Below are positions 1-13,300 of a stretch of 64,000 bases of DNA, one piece after another; within the stretch, counting starts at the first letter, position 1, and each line of letters starts with the position of its first letter. Below the pieces are notes generated by a model, which had not been told where the DNA came from, did no database searches, and saw only the letters and a list, made by a program, of their open reading frames with translations. This DNA comes from Erysipelotrichaceae bacterium (GTDB taxonomy: Bacteria; Bacillota_I; Bacilli_A; RFN20; CAG-826): the NCBI GenBank assembly GCA_015059065.1, contig SVBE01000006.1, positions 4,412 through 68,411 on the forward strand, written 5' to 3'. The position numbers were made by a program, and so were the translations under genes.

Positions 1-584
1 AAGACATCGTTATCTAAAGAGAATAAATCTATACCATATTTCTTGAAAGAAATATATGTCAGAGAGGAGACCTTATCCGTTGACGTAGATTTCACTCTCA
101 CGAATGGTGAACCATCATAGTAGACATTTTTAATATTATCCTGACGATAGATAGATGTGTTGATGAACTGTTGGAGGTCGGTAGAGAGCAAAGTATCATT
201 CACCGTGTCGATAATGGCAACTCCACCTGCCGCGCTTGTATAGGTATATTTACCTTTATAGCCGTCCACACTTATAAAAAACTTTCCTAAGTGATGAGAA
301 TAGAAATCGGACAATTTGAGATAAGGGATATTTTTAAGTCCATCTTCACGGAAATAAGCATTGACCATCGTCTTCACGTCTTTAGAACGGAGAAACGCTG
401 CCATCTTCTTACGGTTAAAGGTTACTCCATCAATCACTACCCTATCTGGGTCGATGCTAGAAGATGGTTCACTAGAACTAGAAGAAGACTCACTGCTAGT
501 AGAAGATGAGGAGGGAGACTGCTGTCCGCACCCCACAAGCAAAAACACTAATAAACTATAGACGAACAATTTTGATTTCTGCAT
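1..584 (-). CDS. Putative lipoprotein (partial; C-terminus lies beyond the window start)
   Basis: Minus-strand ATG at 584..582 preceded by AAGGGGAAG RBS. N-terminus MQKSKLFVYSLLVFLLVGCGQQ has a lipobox (LVGC) followed by a Ser-rich linker. Open reading frame continues to position 1. Not in the ORF track because it is truncated by the window edge. Confidence 0.6.
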   Translation of the reverse strand, partial: MQKSKLFVYSLLVFLLVGCGQQSPSSSSTSSESSSSSSEPSSSIDPDRVVIDGVTFNRKKMAAFLRSKDVKTMVNAYFREDGLKNIPYLKLSDFYSHHLGKFFISVDGYKGKYTYTSAAGGVAIIDTVNDTLLSTDLQQFINTSIYRQDNIKNVYYDGSPFVRVKSTSTDKVSSLTYISFKKYGIDLFSLDNDV

Positions 585-696
585 AATAATATCTTCCCCT
601 TAATATCGGTATTATATTTTACATATATGTGCATATCAATACGATTTCAAAACAAAAGGGGGCATAACCCCCTATTAACATCAATTGAATTGATAA

Positions 697-1221
697 TTAA
701 CCAACTAATGAACTGAGTTTGACGTCGAGATCAGCGTTGAGGTTATGAGTCCATTTCGCTTTTTCACCAAAAGTGAATGTCACATAGGCACGATCTGCAC
801 CGACGAGGTCATCACCGGCTGTTTCTCTGAAATATTCTTGTAATTGAGTGCAATCCAATCCTTTCATCACTTGGACTGAAGCAGAAACATTACCTTCTTT
901 TTCAGTGACAACGATTAAATGGAAGTTGCTACCGCTTTCTAAATTTTGGTTCACTGTGATGCGGTCACTATCCTTAATGGAGGATGTGCTGATATTCGTG
1001 CTTAAAACGAAATTGCCATAGCTGAATTGAAGAGTCGCTGGAACATCGAATAAATCAAAACGCACTTGCTTGTTGGTTAAAAAGTCTAAATATTGCCATT
1101 TAGTTGGTTGAGATTCAGAAGTAGATGGCTCTGGTCCAACTGATGGAGTAGATGGCTCTTTGCTTCCACAGGCACCGAGCATTAATGTCATAAGGGCAAT
1201 TGGTAATAACTTAAGTTTCAT
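697..1221 (-). CDS. Putative lipoprotein (174 aa from internal Met; ORF track gives a longer 697..1320 version)
   Basis: MKLKLLPIALMTLMLGACGSKEPSTPS is a signal peptide with lipobox (LGAC) followed by a Pro/Ser/Thr linker. AAAGGAGAAAAC RBS lies immediately upstream of the ATG at 1221. The upstream 33 codons of the longer ORF do not look like a signal peptide. Confidence 0.6.
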   Translation of the reverse strand: MKLKLLPIALMTLMLGACGSKEPSTPSVGPEPSTSESQPTKWQYLDFLTNKQVRFDLFDVPATLQFSYGNFVLSTNISTSSIKDSDRITVNQNLESGSNFHLIVVTEKEGNVSASVQVMKGLDCTQLQEYFRETAGDDLVGADRAYVTFTFGEKAKWTHNLNADLDVKLSSLVG

Positions 1222-1380
1222 AAGTTTTCTCCTTTTTGATCCTTGATATAATACAAATATTCTTTTCTTTTCACAATACAAAAGGTAATCTCCAAAGAAC
1301 AAAGAAACACTTTTTAACAATTAACGATTAATAGTAAAAAGGAGACAATTAATGTCTCCTAAATCGTGAATTACTAAATA

Positions 1381-4300
1381 TTATTTAATGATTTTCACTT
1401 GTCCACCGAGAAGAGCGATCATCTTCACCGCTTGAAGGGAATAATCATTTAAGCAAACAGTTAATTTCTTATTTAATGTTCCTCTTGCTAATAATTTGAC
1501 AGATCCTGTTTTAGAAGGAATAAGTTTTTTAGCAATTAACGCTTCGATGGTCACTTCATCACCATTATTGAAACTATTTGATAAAGTATCGATGTTGATG
1601 ATTTCTTTTTTACCGATGCGCTTTTTATGCACTGTATCTATTTCAATAGATGCTTCGGCTTTTTCATCTGACATTTGTTTATCAGCTTCTTCAACAGTGA
1701 TGGACTGCACTATTTCTTCTTTTTGGCCAACTTTAGTTTTCACCTCTTTGATAAGACCTTTTTCTAATAAAACTTTAGTTTCTTCAAATGGAACTCTGAA
1801 TTCTTCATTAGATTCTTTGCCTTTTTCGGTTGGAACATTACCCATTACAGTATCGATTAAGTCTTTTGCATAATCTCTTCTTCTATCGTTTTTAATACGG
1901 TATAAGCATGGGACATCTTCAAATTTCTTAGACTCCACTTTTTCTACTTTGTATTTAGAGTCAGCATAATCATCCGCGTTAAGAGCAAAGTATAAACATA
2001 ATGTCTTACCTCTAATGGCAAACTTGATGACTTGGTTTCTACCAACATTGATAGAATCGAAATGCCATGACACTCTGCTGTTGGCCTTTTTATAGCCTAG
2101 AGCATAGTTTTTAAGCTCGTTATAGTAATCCTTGAGTTCTTGTTCAGCTTGAGAAAGTTTCGCGGTGAATGACTTGATATATCTAATTTCAAAGATATTA
2201 CCATTTCTATCTTGTTTAGTGATTACTTCATCACCATCCGCGTTAGTGACGACGCTTAAGATTTGTGTTTCTCTCGCTGGTTTATTGACTTGAACTTTGA
2301 GTTCTTTGATTAATCCGCGAGCGATAAGAGGTTTATTCTCTTCATAATGGAGATAATAAGATTCTTTTTGTTCTTCACCTTTTTCTAAACCAAGGTTATT
2401 CATCACGACATCGATGAGTTCTTTCGCATATTCGCATCTTCTATCATTCTTAATACGGTATAAGCAAGGAACATCTTCAAACTTCTTAGATTCAACCTTT
2501 TCTACTTTATATTTAGAATCAGCATATTCATCCACATTAAGAGGGAAATATACACCTAATGTTTTTCCTCTAACTGCAAATTTAAGAACTGGGTTTCTTC
2601 CAGAGTTGATGGAATCGTAATTCCAAGAAACTCTAGAAGTAGTTTTCTTATATGAAAGAACATAGTTTTTGAGTTCTTCATAATATTTTTTAGATTCTTC
2701 ATTTGCTTGAATGAGTTTAGCAGTGAATGATTTGACAAATCTGATTTGGAAGATATTGCCTTTCTCATCAGTGACTGTCACTGTTTCTTCCTCTTCTGAA
2801 TCAGAAACTGGTTCTTGTAAAAGAGGTTGAGGAATTGGCTGAGCAACTGGAGCAGTTTGCACTGCTGGAGCTGCTGTCATATCCATCTTTTTCTCTTTTT
2901 TGAAGAGATTTTTAATGTTCTTAAAGGCTTCTGGATGTTTGATGAACATCACTAGCAAGGCGATTAAGACAACAAGTAATAATCCAGCGAGGACATATAA
3001 GACGATGAAACGTGAATCTAAATAATGGGATCCCGCGAGAATAACTGGAATAAATGCGAACGACATCGCCTTCACTCCTCTCTTCGCTTTGAGATTGGAT
3101 AGAACCATTAAGAGTAATAATGGCGCGCCTAATCCAAGTAAGACAGAAACAAGAACGATTAAGACGATATGTATAATATTTGCAGTGTTTTCTTGACTTG
3201 CGTAATTAGATTCTGCTTGTTCAAGGACTGCAAAGTCAGCTTTATTGACCATTGCTTTTTGTTCTTCGCTCATTTCGTCATAAGCTTTTCTCGCTTCCGC
3301 AATGAGAGTTTCAGATTCAGCAGTATATTCAGCGTTGCCGATTGCATAAATCTTATCTAAAGTAGCGTAAACTGTTTCACCATCTTCGATTCTTTGTAAA
3401 GCTTCTTCTGGTAATAAAGCTTTTTGATCTTGAGAGAGGGCTTCGTATTCTTTTCTCGCTTCTTTAATAGCACTATCACTACGAGCATCATAACGGAGGT
3501 CAACGATAGAATCGGACTTAGTAACTGCATTATCAACAGCATAGTAATCAGTAACAGCTTTGTTTAAAGCGTTAGTGTTATCAATCGCTTGTTTTTGTTC
3601 AGCATTTAAAGAATCATAATATGCTTTCGCATCATCGATAAGTGCTTTGCTTTCTTTGGTATAAGCAACTTTACCGATGGAATCGATCTTATCCATTGAT
3701 TCAAAGACTTCTTCAATTTCTTCAAGTTTAGTAAGAGTTTCTTCACTTACTTTACCTTGTTGATATTCAGTTAATTCATCATAAGATTCTCTAGAAGCGA
3801 GTACTTCTTCTAAGTCTTGGCGAGTAACTTTAGAAACGTCTGGTAACTCAGTGATCATGTCACTAGTGTCCTTCGCCGCTTCAATATCAGCGATTTCCAC
3901 TTCTGCTTCTTCGAGTTTTTCAAGCACATCAGCTGGGACATTTGCCTTGGCTTCATCGCTTAAGGCTTCATATTCATCTCTAACTGCTTGGACACTTTCT
4001 TTATCTTCGAACACTAATTCACCAACGATTGGCAATTCGACGATATCTAATGTCGATTCAGAAGAAGTTAATGTATCGAGAGTTTCTTTTGTAACTTTTG
4101 CTTTTTGATCATCAGTTAAAGCATCATAGGCTTCTCTAGCCGCTTTAATTGTATCTTCACTATCCGCTGTGATTTCGCTAGTTTCTGGAAGTTCAACGAT
4201 TTGTAAAGTTGTTTCTGCGGCCACTAATGTGTCAACTGTATCTTGTGAGACTAAAGCTTTTTGTTCTGGAGTTAAAGCATCATAAGCTTCTCTCGCCGCT

Positions 4301-7300
4301 TCGATATCTTCTTCGGATTCTGGGGTGATATCAGATACATCTGGAAGTTCAGAGACTGTTAAGGCAGTTTCTGCAGCGATTAATGTATCGAGAGTAGCTT
4401 TAGCTACTTTGGCTTTTTGATCAGCAGATAAAGCCTCATAAGCTTCTCTAGCAGCTTCAATAACCGCTCTACTTTCTGGAGTAATTTCACTTGTCGCTGG
4501 AAGTTCAACGATTTGTAAAGTCACTTCTGCAGCAATCAATGTGTCAAGAGTACCTTGGGTAGTCTTTTCTAATTGAGCAGCAGTTAATGCATCGTAGGCA
4601 GTTCTAGCAGCTTCAATCGCAGTTCTACTAGTTTTAACAATTGCTTCACCCGCAGGTAATTCAACGATTTGTAGAGTAGTTTCTGCGGCCACTAAAGTAT
4701 CGAGAGTAGATTGTGGGACAAATGGTTTTTGTTTGTCGTCATTTAATGCATCATAAGCGTCTCTAGCAGCTTTGATTGCATCAGCATCAGTGGTCTTAAT
4801 ATTATCGCCCACAGGTAATTCAACGATACCAAGTACCGCTTCGGCGACGACTAATTTATCAACAGTGTATTGTGGAACTCTTTCTTTTTGAGCATCACTG
4901 AGTTTATCAAATGAAGCTCTCGCAGCAGCGATTGCAGTTGCATCAGTGGTCTTAATATTTTCACCAACTGGGAGTTCAACGATTTCGAGTACTGTTTCTG
5001 CAACGACGAGCGTATCTACAGTTGATTGCACCACTTTGGCCTTTTGTTCAGAAGACAAAGCTTCATAAGCTGTTCTTGCAGCTTCAATAGTCTCTCTACT
5101 ATTAGGAGTGATATCTGAATCAACTGGGAGTTCAACGATTTGAATAGTCATTTCAGCAGCGACTAAAGTATCAACAGTTGCAGGTGCGACTTTGGCTTTT
5201 TGGTCATCGCTTAATGCTTCGTAAGCAGTTCTTGCTGCATCAATTTCAGCTCTGCTAGTAGTAATGATTGCTTCGCCCGCAGGTAACTCAACAATAGTTA
5301 ATGTAGTTTCTGCGGCAACTAAAGTGTCAACAGTCGCTTGAGCAACTTTCGCTTTTTGGTCATCGCTTAATCCTTCATAAGCTGCTCTGGCTGCTTCAAT
5401 CGCTGCTTTACTAGTTGTCACAATCGCTTCACCAGCAGGTAATTCAACAATTTGTAAAGTCTTTTCGGCGGCCACTAAAGTATCAACCGTAGCTTGAGCG
5501 ACAAGACCTTTTTGTTTATCACTTAAAGCTTCATATTGTTCTCTCGCTGCTTCAATTGCAGTTTTATCCGTAGCTTTGATATCGTTACCAACTGGGAGTT
5601 CAGCAATTGCTAAGGCAGATTCAGAAGCAATTAATTTATCTCTAGAAGCATAAGGCACTAATTCTAATTGTGCGTCGCTTAATAAGTCATATGCAGTTCT
5701 AGCAGCGCGAATTACATCTCCATTTGCAGAAGTAACATCACTAACAGCAGGTAATTCAACAATTTGTAATGTCATTTCTGATGCCACTAAAGTATCAAGA
5801 GTTTCTTGAGCAACTTTGGCTTTTTGCTCGTCGCTTAATAAGTCATATGCAGTTCTAGCCGCTTTAATAACTTCTTTATCATCAACACTAATCAAAGTTA
5901 TTTCTGGAAGTTCGACGATTTGTAATGTTGTTTCAGCTGCTACTAAAGTATCGACTGTAGCTTGAGCGATCTTCGCTTTTTGGTCATCGCTTAATGCTTC
6001 GTAAGCAGTTCTAGCGGCAGCAATATCGGTTGCGTCAGTTGTCTTAATGTCAGTACCAGAAGGCAATTGAACGATTTGTAAAGTTTTTTCAGCAGCGACT
6101 AATGTGTCAACAGTAGCTTGAGCAACTTTGGCTTTTCTGTCATTGCTCAATGCATCATAAGCAGTTCTGGCAGCAGCAATGGCAGTTGCATCAGTTGTCT
6201 TAATGTCAGTACCAACCGGAAGTTTAACGATTTGTAAAGTAGTTTCAGCAGCAACTAATGTGTCGAGAGTTGTTGAATCAACCTTAGCCTTTTGAGCGTT
6301 ATCTAATGCGTCATAAGCATCTCTTGCAGCTTTTATTGCATCGGCATCAGTAGTCTTGATACTATCACCGGCAGGTAATTCAACGATTTGTAAAGTAGTT
6401 TCTGCGGCCACTAAAGTATCGAGAGTAGATTGTGGGACAAGACCCTTTTGATCATTATTTAAATCTGTGTAGGCTTGTCTTGCTGCTTCAATAGCTGCTT
6501 TATCAGTTGTTTTAATGTCAGCACCAGCAGGAAGTTTAACGATATCGAATACTGCTATAGAAGCGGCAAGGACATTCTTTTTCGCTTCTGGAACCATATT
6601 TTTCTGTTCTGGAGTTAATCCATCAAATGATTGTTTAGCGGCATTAACTGCTTGAGCAGATGAAACATCTATCTTATCGATATCAGGAATTTCAACAATT
6701 CGTAATGTCGCTTCAGAAGTGTAGATTTTATCAACAGAATCAGCAGGAATGAGTGCTTTTTGTTCATCTGTTAAGGCTTCATACGCTTTCTTAGCATTTT
6801 TAATGTCGTTAGCAGCTTCAGGGGTAATATTTTCGTCGATATTTTCGGCTGGTAAGATTCTATCGCAATAGATAATTGTTGCTGAGGCTAATAAATTGTT
6901 CTTAGCAGCATCAGGAACGAGAGCTTGTTGAGCCTCGGTCAATTTTAAGTAACGATCACAGGCATTAACAACATTATTTTTCACTTCATCACTAACACCA
7001 CTGATAACTTCATCAACCGTTGGAAGTCCAATGATGCTTAAGATGAATTCAGAAGCAATAAGTTTATCCTTAGCAGATTGTGGGACTAAAGCTTGTTGAT
7101 TTTCTGTTATAGCGTTATATGCAAATCTCGCTGAGGCAATAGCTTCTGCATCAGATGCTGTAACTGCACTTGTTTCAGGGAGTTTAACAATAATTAATGT
7201 GGTTTCCGCGGCAACAAGAGTATCAATAGTACCTTGAGCAATCAAAGCTTCTTGGTCATCACTTAAATCTGTGAAGGCTTGTCTTGCTGCGGCAATTACA

Positions 7301-10300
7301 GTTTCATCAGTTGCCTTAATATTATCTCCAGCAGGGAGTTTAACAATTTGTAAAGTAGTTTCCGCGGCAACAAGAGTATCTAATGTCGCTTGTGGAACGA
7401 GAGCTTGTTGAGCAGGATTTAAATCTGTATAAGCAGTTCTTGCTGCTGCAATTACAGTTTCATCAGTTGTTTTGATATCTGTTCCAGCAGGGAGTTTAAC
7501 AATTTTAAGCACCGCTTCAGAAGCAATAAGTTTATCAAGAGTTGCTTCTGGAACTAACGCTTCTTGCTTATCGCTTAACGCATCAAAAGTAGTTCTTGCG
7601 TTTTGAATAATTTGCTCAGAAGCAGAAGTAATGTTTGCTGCAGCTGGAATATCAACGATTGCTAATGTGGCGTTAGAGGCAAATAATCTATCCTTAACTT
7701 CATTAGGAACAAGATTCTTTTGCTCATCACTTAAAGCATCATATCCTGATTTTGCATCAAGAATAGCTTTCTTCTCGTTAGCAGTAACACCATCAGCAAT
7801 TTCACTAATAGTTGGTAATTCAATAACAGCTAAAATGTTTTCAGCAGCAACTAGTTTATCAAAAGTTGTTTGTGGCACTAAAGCTTCTTGTTTTGGAAGT
7901 AAAATATCATAACTCTCTCTTGCATTTTTAATAGCATCTCTATCTGTTACTTGAATAGCAAGACCATCAGGAAGTTCAATGATATTAAGTGCCGCTACAG
8001 AAGAAAGTAACTTATCGACAATTGAGTCAGCTAACATTTCTTTTTGGCCAACGGATAAAGTGTCGTAGAATTTCTTTGCATCTTTAATTGCTTTTGCATC
8101 TGTAGCTGAAATATCTTCATCAATATCACTTGCGCCAAGAATTTCAAAGACATCGATAGTTAAAGAAGCAGTGAGAACTTTATCAACTGTATCTTGATTA
8201 ATATTTGCCTTTTCTTCATCTGTGAGTTCGTCATATTTAGCTTTTGCTGTAACAATAATGTCTTTATCATCAATGGTAATTGTAGAAACATCGATATCTT
8301 TTAAATCAGCATTGATTGATGCTTCAGCTGCGGCAGAATAAGTATCTTCGGCAGCAACAAGGATATCGTAGTTAGTAACAAATACTTTTTGATCTGCAAT
8401 TAATCCATTATAACCTTCACGTGCAGCGACAATTTTGTTATGGCTTGCTTCGGTATATGTCACCTCTCCAATATCGTTAATTAAATCGTAGACGACTTTC
8501 GCAGCGGCCATATCAGTCATTCTCTTTTCCGCAGCAGTTAATGTATTTAAAACTGTATCGGACACTAATGCTTCTTGGTCAACGTCTAATGCGTCATAAG
8601 AAGCTCTTGCAGCAACAACAGCGGTATAATCATCAAGACCGAGGTCATCGAGCGCAGGAAGGTTAAGAATTTCAACTGCGACGTTTGAAGCAATAAGTTT
8701 ATTATATAAAGCAGTAGGAACTTTGCCTTTTTGATAATCTGTAAGACCAGTATAAGCATCTAAAGCGTTGCTAACAGCTGTCGCATCAGTAGCAGCAATA
8801 TCTTCTTTACTAGGAAGGTTATTAATTGCATCGATAACTGCTTGAGCTGCTTCTAAGTTGGCAATTTCAGTCTCAGTGTCAGTTAATATCTTTAATACCA
8901 CATCGCCAATAATTGTCTTTTGGTTTTCAGATAAATTATCGTAAACATTTCTTGCGGCTACCACTGCTGGTTTATCAGAAAGTGATAATTCACCATCGCC
9001 TGGAATCTTTTCAGCAATAGGGGGGAAGGACTTAACAGTAATAGTCCATTCAGAGGCAACTAATTTATCAATAGTGCCTTGAGTAATATACGCTGCTTCT
9101 TCAGTAGTAAGGGCAGTATATTTTGCTCTCGCGGCTGTCACTAAGTTAGCGTCAGCCGATACGACGATATCTTTTGGAGTAGGAAGGGCATTAATTGCGC
9201 TTGTTACAAATCCCGCACATGTTTCTTCAGCTGCTTGTAATGTAACATAATTAGTGACGAGGAGTTTTTGAGCAACAGTTAATGAATTATATGCGGTACG
9301 AGCTGTATCAATCTTAGTTTTGCTAGCAGCTGTATCAGCAACTTCACCAATGGCAGTGATTTTATCATCCACTGCATTAGCGGCCTTAATATCAACAATC
9401 TTTTGTTCAACGGCTTGTAAATGAGAAAGATTTTTAACAAGTCCTCGTTGATAATCAGTTAAAGCGTCATATGAATTTCTAGCATGAATAGCGGCCTCTT
9501 CATTATCTAAAGTAGTTCCGCTATAATCTGGTAACACATCAATCTCATCGTCCACCATCTTTCCAAATTCATCGTCGCCATTAACACGGATGACTTTCCA
9601 AATTTGCTTTTCATTAGTCGCAACATAATAACCCATGTTGGTATCGTTGTCGCGTAAAGTGATTACATAATCATATTTATTTTGGTCAGTGACAACACAG
9701 CGAATAAAATATTCGTTATCTTCCATATCAACGCCTTTACGTTTTGAGAAACGGAAGACATTGGTATTGTTTTCACTAAGTGCAGTAGTAATGTTAACTA
9801 GACCAAGAGCACGATTTTCAGTAAGCGCTGTGCCATTTGAAGCAACATCTAAAAGTCTATTTGCAACACTAAGGTCATTAATATTTTCTAATGAGTAGTA
9901 AACATTTGTGCCTTGGATAGTTGTTTTCCATTTAAACGCTCTATTGCTAGTATTGTTATTATTGATTGTTTCACTATCATAGACAGCAACTTTAATAGTT
10001 GAGCCATCGTAGTTTAAAATTGCTTTTGTACTATCGGTAGCCGAAACAAAGATATATGTTCCTTTTTCAAGGGTAATATTATCTGTCCAGCTTTCTCTTT
10101 CACCTCTAATCTCAGCATTTGTTAATGTAGTAAGATTTGTAACATTGGCTTTTTGTGCGTCTGTAAGTAGATTATAAGCATAACGCGCTTGCTCAATAAG
10201 GTGTCTATTTTCAAAACTAATGTTATCTAAAGCCGGAAGTGAATTGATTAAATTGATGACATCAGTAACTTCCTGGTTCTCAGCAGTAGTTTCGATTTGA

Positions 10301-13300
10301 TTATACTTTGTTTCGACATCAGTTAAGATTGAAAGTGTTTCACTGGTAACGTATGCTTTTTGAGCGTCAGTTAAGGCATCGTACGCTACACGCGCTGTTT
10401 CAATATCATCTTTATGAAGTAAAGTTACATTAGCAACTGCTGGTAAACCATTGATAAGTGAAGAAACTTTGAATGCAAGTTTCGCATCATTTATATTCTT
10501 TTCTTCTGTGCTTTGTACATTTCTAAGCATTTCATGTGCTTCAAGTTTGAATAGGTCTGAAGAACAGAATTTATTCTTTTGTGCAACAGTTAAAGTTTCG
10601 TATGCTTGACGTGCTAAATCAAAAGATATTTCTTGTTCATAAGGAAGAGTAGCTATATCTATTTTTCTATGGCAATCTCTACATCCAAAATGGTATTCGT
10701 CGATTAAATCATCATAGAATCTACCAATTCTTTCATGGAGACATTTTGTACCACAAAGCGAGCAAATACCATTTTCATCAAATGTGGAAATACATTTTGG
10801 AACGACATAGAAGTTACGGCCCTGTGGTATTTCTTTCCAGTTTGTTTTGTCAACATCCAATCTATAAGTAAAGACTTTAGTTCCTGCTTCACAGTAGTAA
10901 CGATCTATCTTCCATGAACTATCTGTTAAATTATAAACAATAGGGCTATCTGAATTATGAGTGATGGTTGCACGAGCAGTATGGTAACCACCTTGGTATT
11001 CAAATCTCCACCACACTTCAACCTCTTGTGCAGTAGGTAATTCAAATGTAACAGTTATAGTTGCATTACCTGGAGTAATTGTCCAGTTCGGAATTTGAGG
11101 GAAATTAACTCTTCTACCAATAGATGAATATGCGGCATCATCGCTTGCATACGCATAATCTTTAATTTCGGATTTAGATGTTACAGTGCTAGTTACATTA
11201 GCAAGACTATGTGTACAGTCATCATCACCAGTATAATGCTCCATAATCTCAGCAAGAGCAGTTTTTGCATCATCAAGTTTGGTGACTGTTGCAGCTGGAA
11301 CATATGCCTGTTCCGCTTCAGTCATATCGTCGAATTCATCACTTGCTTTTTCAATGTTATATTTATCAGCAATAGTAATTTCATCATCAATTAATGTTTC
11401 AATATCATTAGCAACGAAAGAAGCGTATTGCTCTTCAGCATCTTGGAGAAGTGATAAGTATCTCACAAGAGCTTTTTGTTCTGGAGTTAATAAATTATAG
11501 GCTTCGCGTGCAGCCACGATTAAATCATGGCATGCGTCAGTGTATTCAAATTTACCAATAGCTCTAATAAGGGTATCTACATCATCTGCGTAATCTCTAT
11601 CACCGAAAATATGAACATTGGAAACATATCCATTGACAGATGGTCTTCCATTATTAAGATCTTTGGCAACATAACCTTCAGGAATTGCGATAGAAGCACT
11701 TCTTTCCTCAATATTCGCTTTTGATAAAGTTAAGAAGCAGTTGGCTAAGACATATTTTGCTCCTGTTGTATTATCTGTACCAAGCATACCTTTGATCCCA
11801 CCTTTTTCAGGTACGCTGTTATCAAGCCTTACTGTTGCACCATCGCTAGCCCAAAGGACATAACTATATGGTGCAGTAGTAACATTTAAAACGTGACCAT
11901 TGAGATCAATCGTAATATCTCTTCTTAAAGTAATATATCCAGCAGCTTTATCTGAAAGGTCAACATCTTTTAACAAAGTGACTGTTTCGCCTTTCTTTGC
12001 TGCATTAAACGCTGTAAGGATATCTGTATAGTTAACATCGCCAATCTTTGCGACATTTTCAGTTTCAGAATATACAGCATAAGCAGTTTCTGCATTTTCT
12101 AATGTAGTATAATTTGTAACAAATGCTTTTTCTTCGTCATAAAGCTCTTCAAAAGCTTCTCTTGCTTCATCAATTTTCTCTTTGCACTCTTCTGTGTTCT
12201 CTACAGTACCAATTGCATTAATCTTATCGATAACAGCGTTTGAATGAGCGAGATATTGTGCATAATTATTTTCAAGGAAAACGAGAGTAGAGTAATTCTC
12301 CACTAAAGCTTTTTGTTTATCAGTTAATTCGTTGTACTGGTTACGAGCATTTGTAAGTTTATTTGCAAATTCTTCTGTACGTTCAATCTTTCCGATTTTG
12401 GAAATAGTAACTTCCACCACGTCTGCGACATCGTTATCTGCTTTAACAAGAGCGTATGCATTTTCAGCAGCAACGAGTTTGTCTAAAACAGAACCAGGTA
12501 CTTTATCTTTTTGATCTTGTGTTAAAGCATTGTAGTTATTTCTAGCAGAATCAATTCTGCTCTTATTTCCAATTACAATATTTTCACTAGCAGGTAAGCC
12601 GTTGATTTCAGAGACAACAAAATTTGCCGTTTTCCAATCAGCCATCTCAGCTAAAGCCGCTTGCAATTTGCTAAGGGCTGCAGCAGGTATCTTAGTTTTT
12701 TGATAATTACTTAATGCGTTATAACGAACGCTTGCTCTATTTACGGCATCATCATGTTCAAACAAAATCGTTTCTGGCAAAGCATCGATCATATCTTCCA
12801 CAGCTTTTGCTGTTTTTAAATCCACAATATCAGTTTCAGATGCGGTTAATTTTTCATATGTTTCAGCAGGGAATGCTGTTTTTTCACTACTTCTTAAAGC
12901 ATCATAAATAGTGCGAGCATTTTGAATAGCAGGTTCGTCAGAAAGCACAATTGAACCTACCGCAGGTATAGAATTAATAGTGCTTTTAACAAAATCAATA
13001 TAATCGCTTTCTGCTTTTGAAAGAGCTGTATATTTTTCAGCAGGCACTAATTCTTTTTGAGCGTCTGTTAAAGCTTCATATCTTTCACGCGCATAATCAA
13101 TTAATGATTTTGATGCTACTGTAGGTTCAACAACACCGATTGCATCAATTAATTCAGTTACATCGTCGGCGAACTCTTGATCGGTTCCAGTGCGTACAAG
13201 CGAAATGAAACCATCAGCATCTGGATTACCAGCGTTAATATTTCTAACAACACTACCACTGGCCAAACGATTAATTACTAAATCTGCTTTGATAGTAGGC

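Noticed and set aside
1496-1873. Plus-strand ORF (125 aa) and many other 60-190-aa plus-strand ORFs inside 1381..15546, 19365..19946, 27856..28599 etc.
   Set aside because: All are embedded antisense within long, well-supported genes (giant protein, mutS2, ftsZ), lack an RBS and have low-complexity translations.
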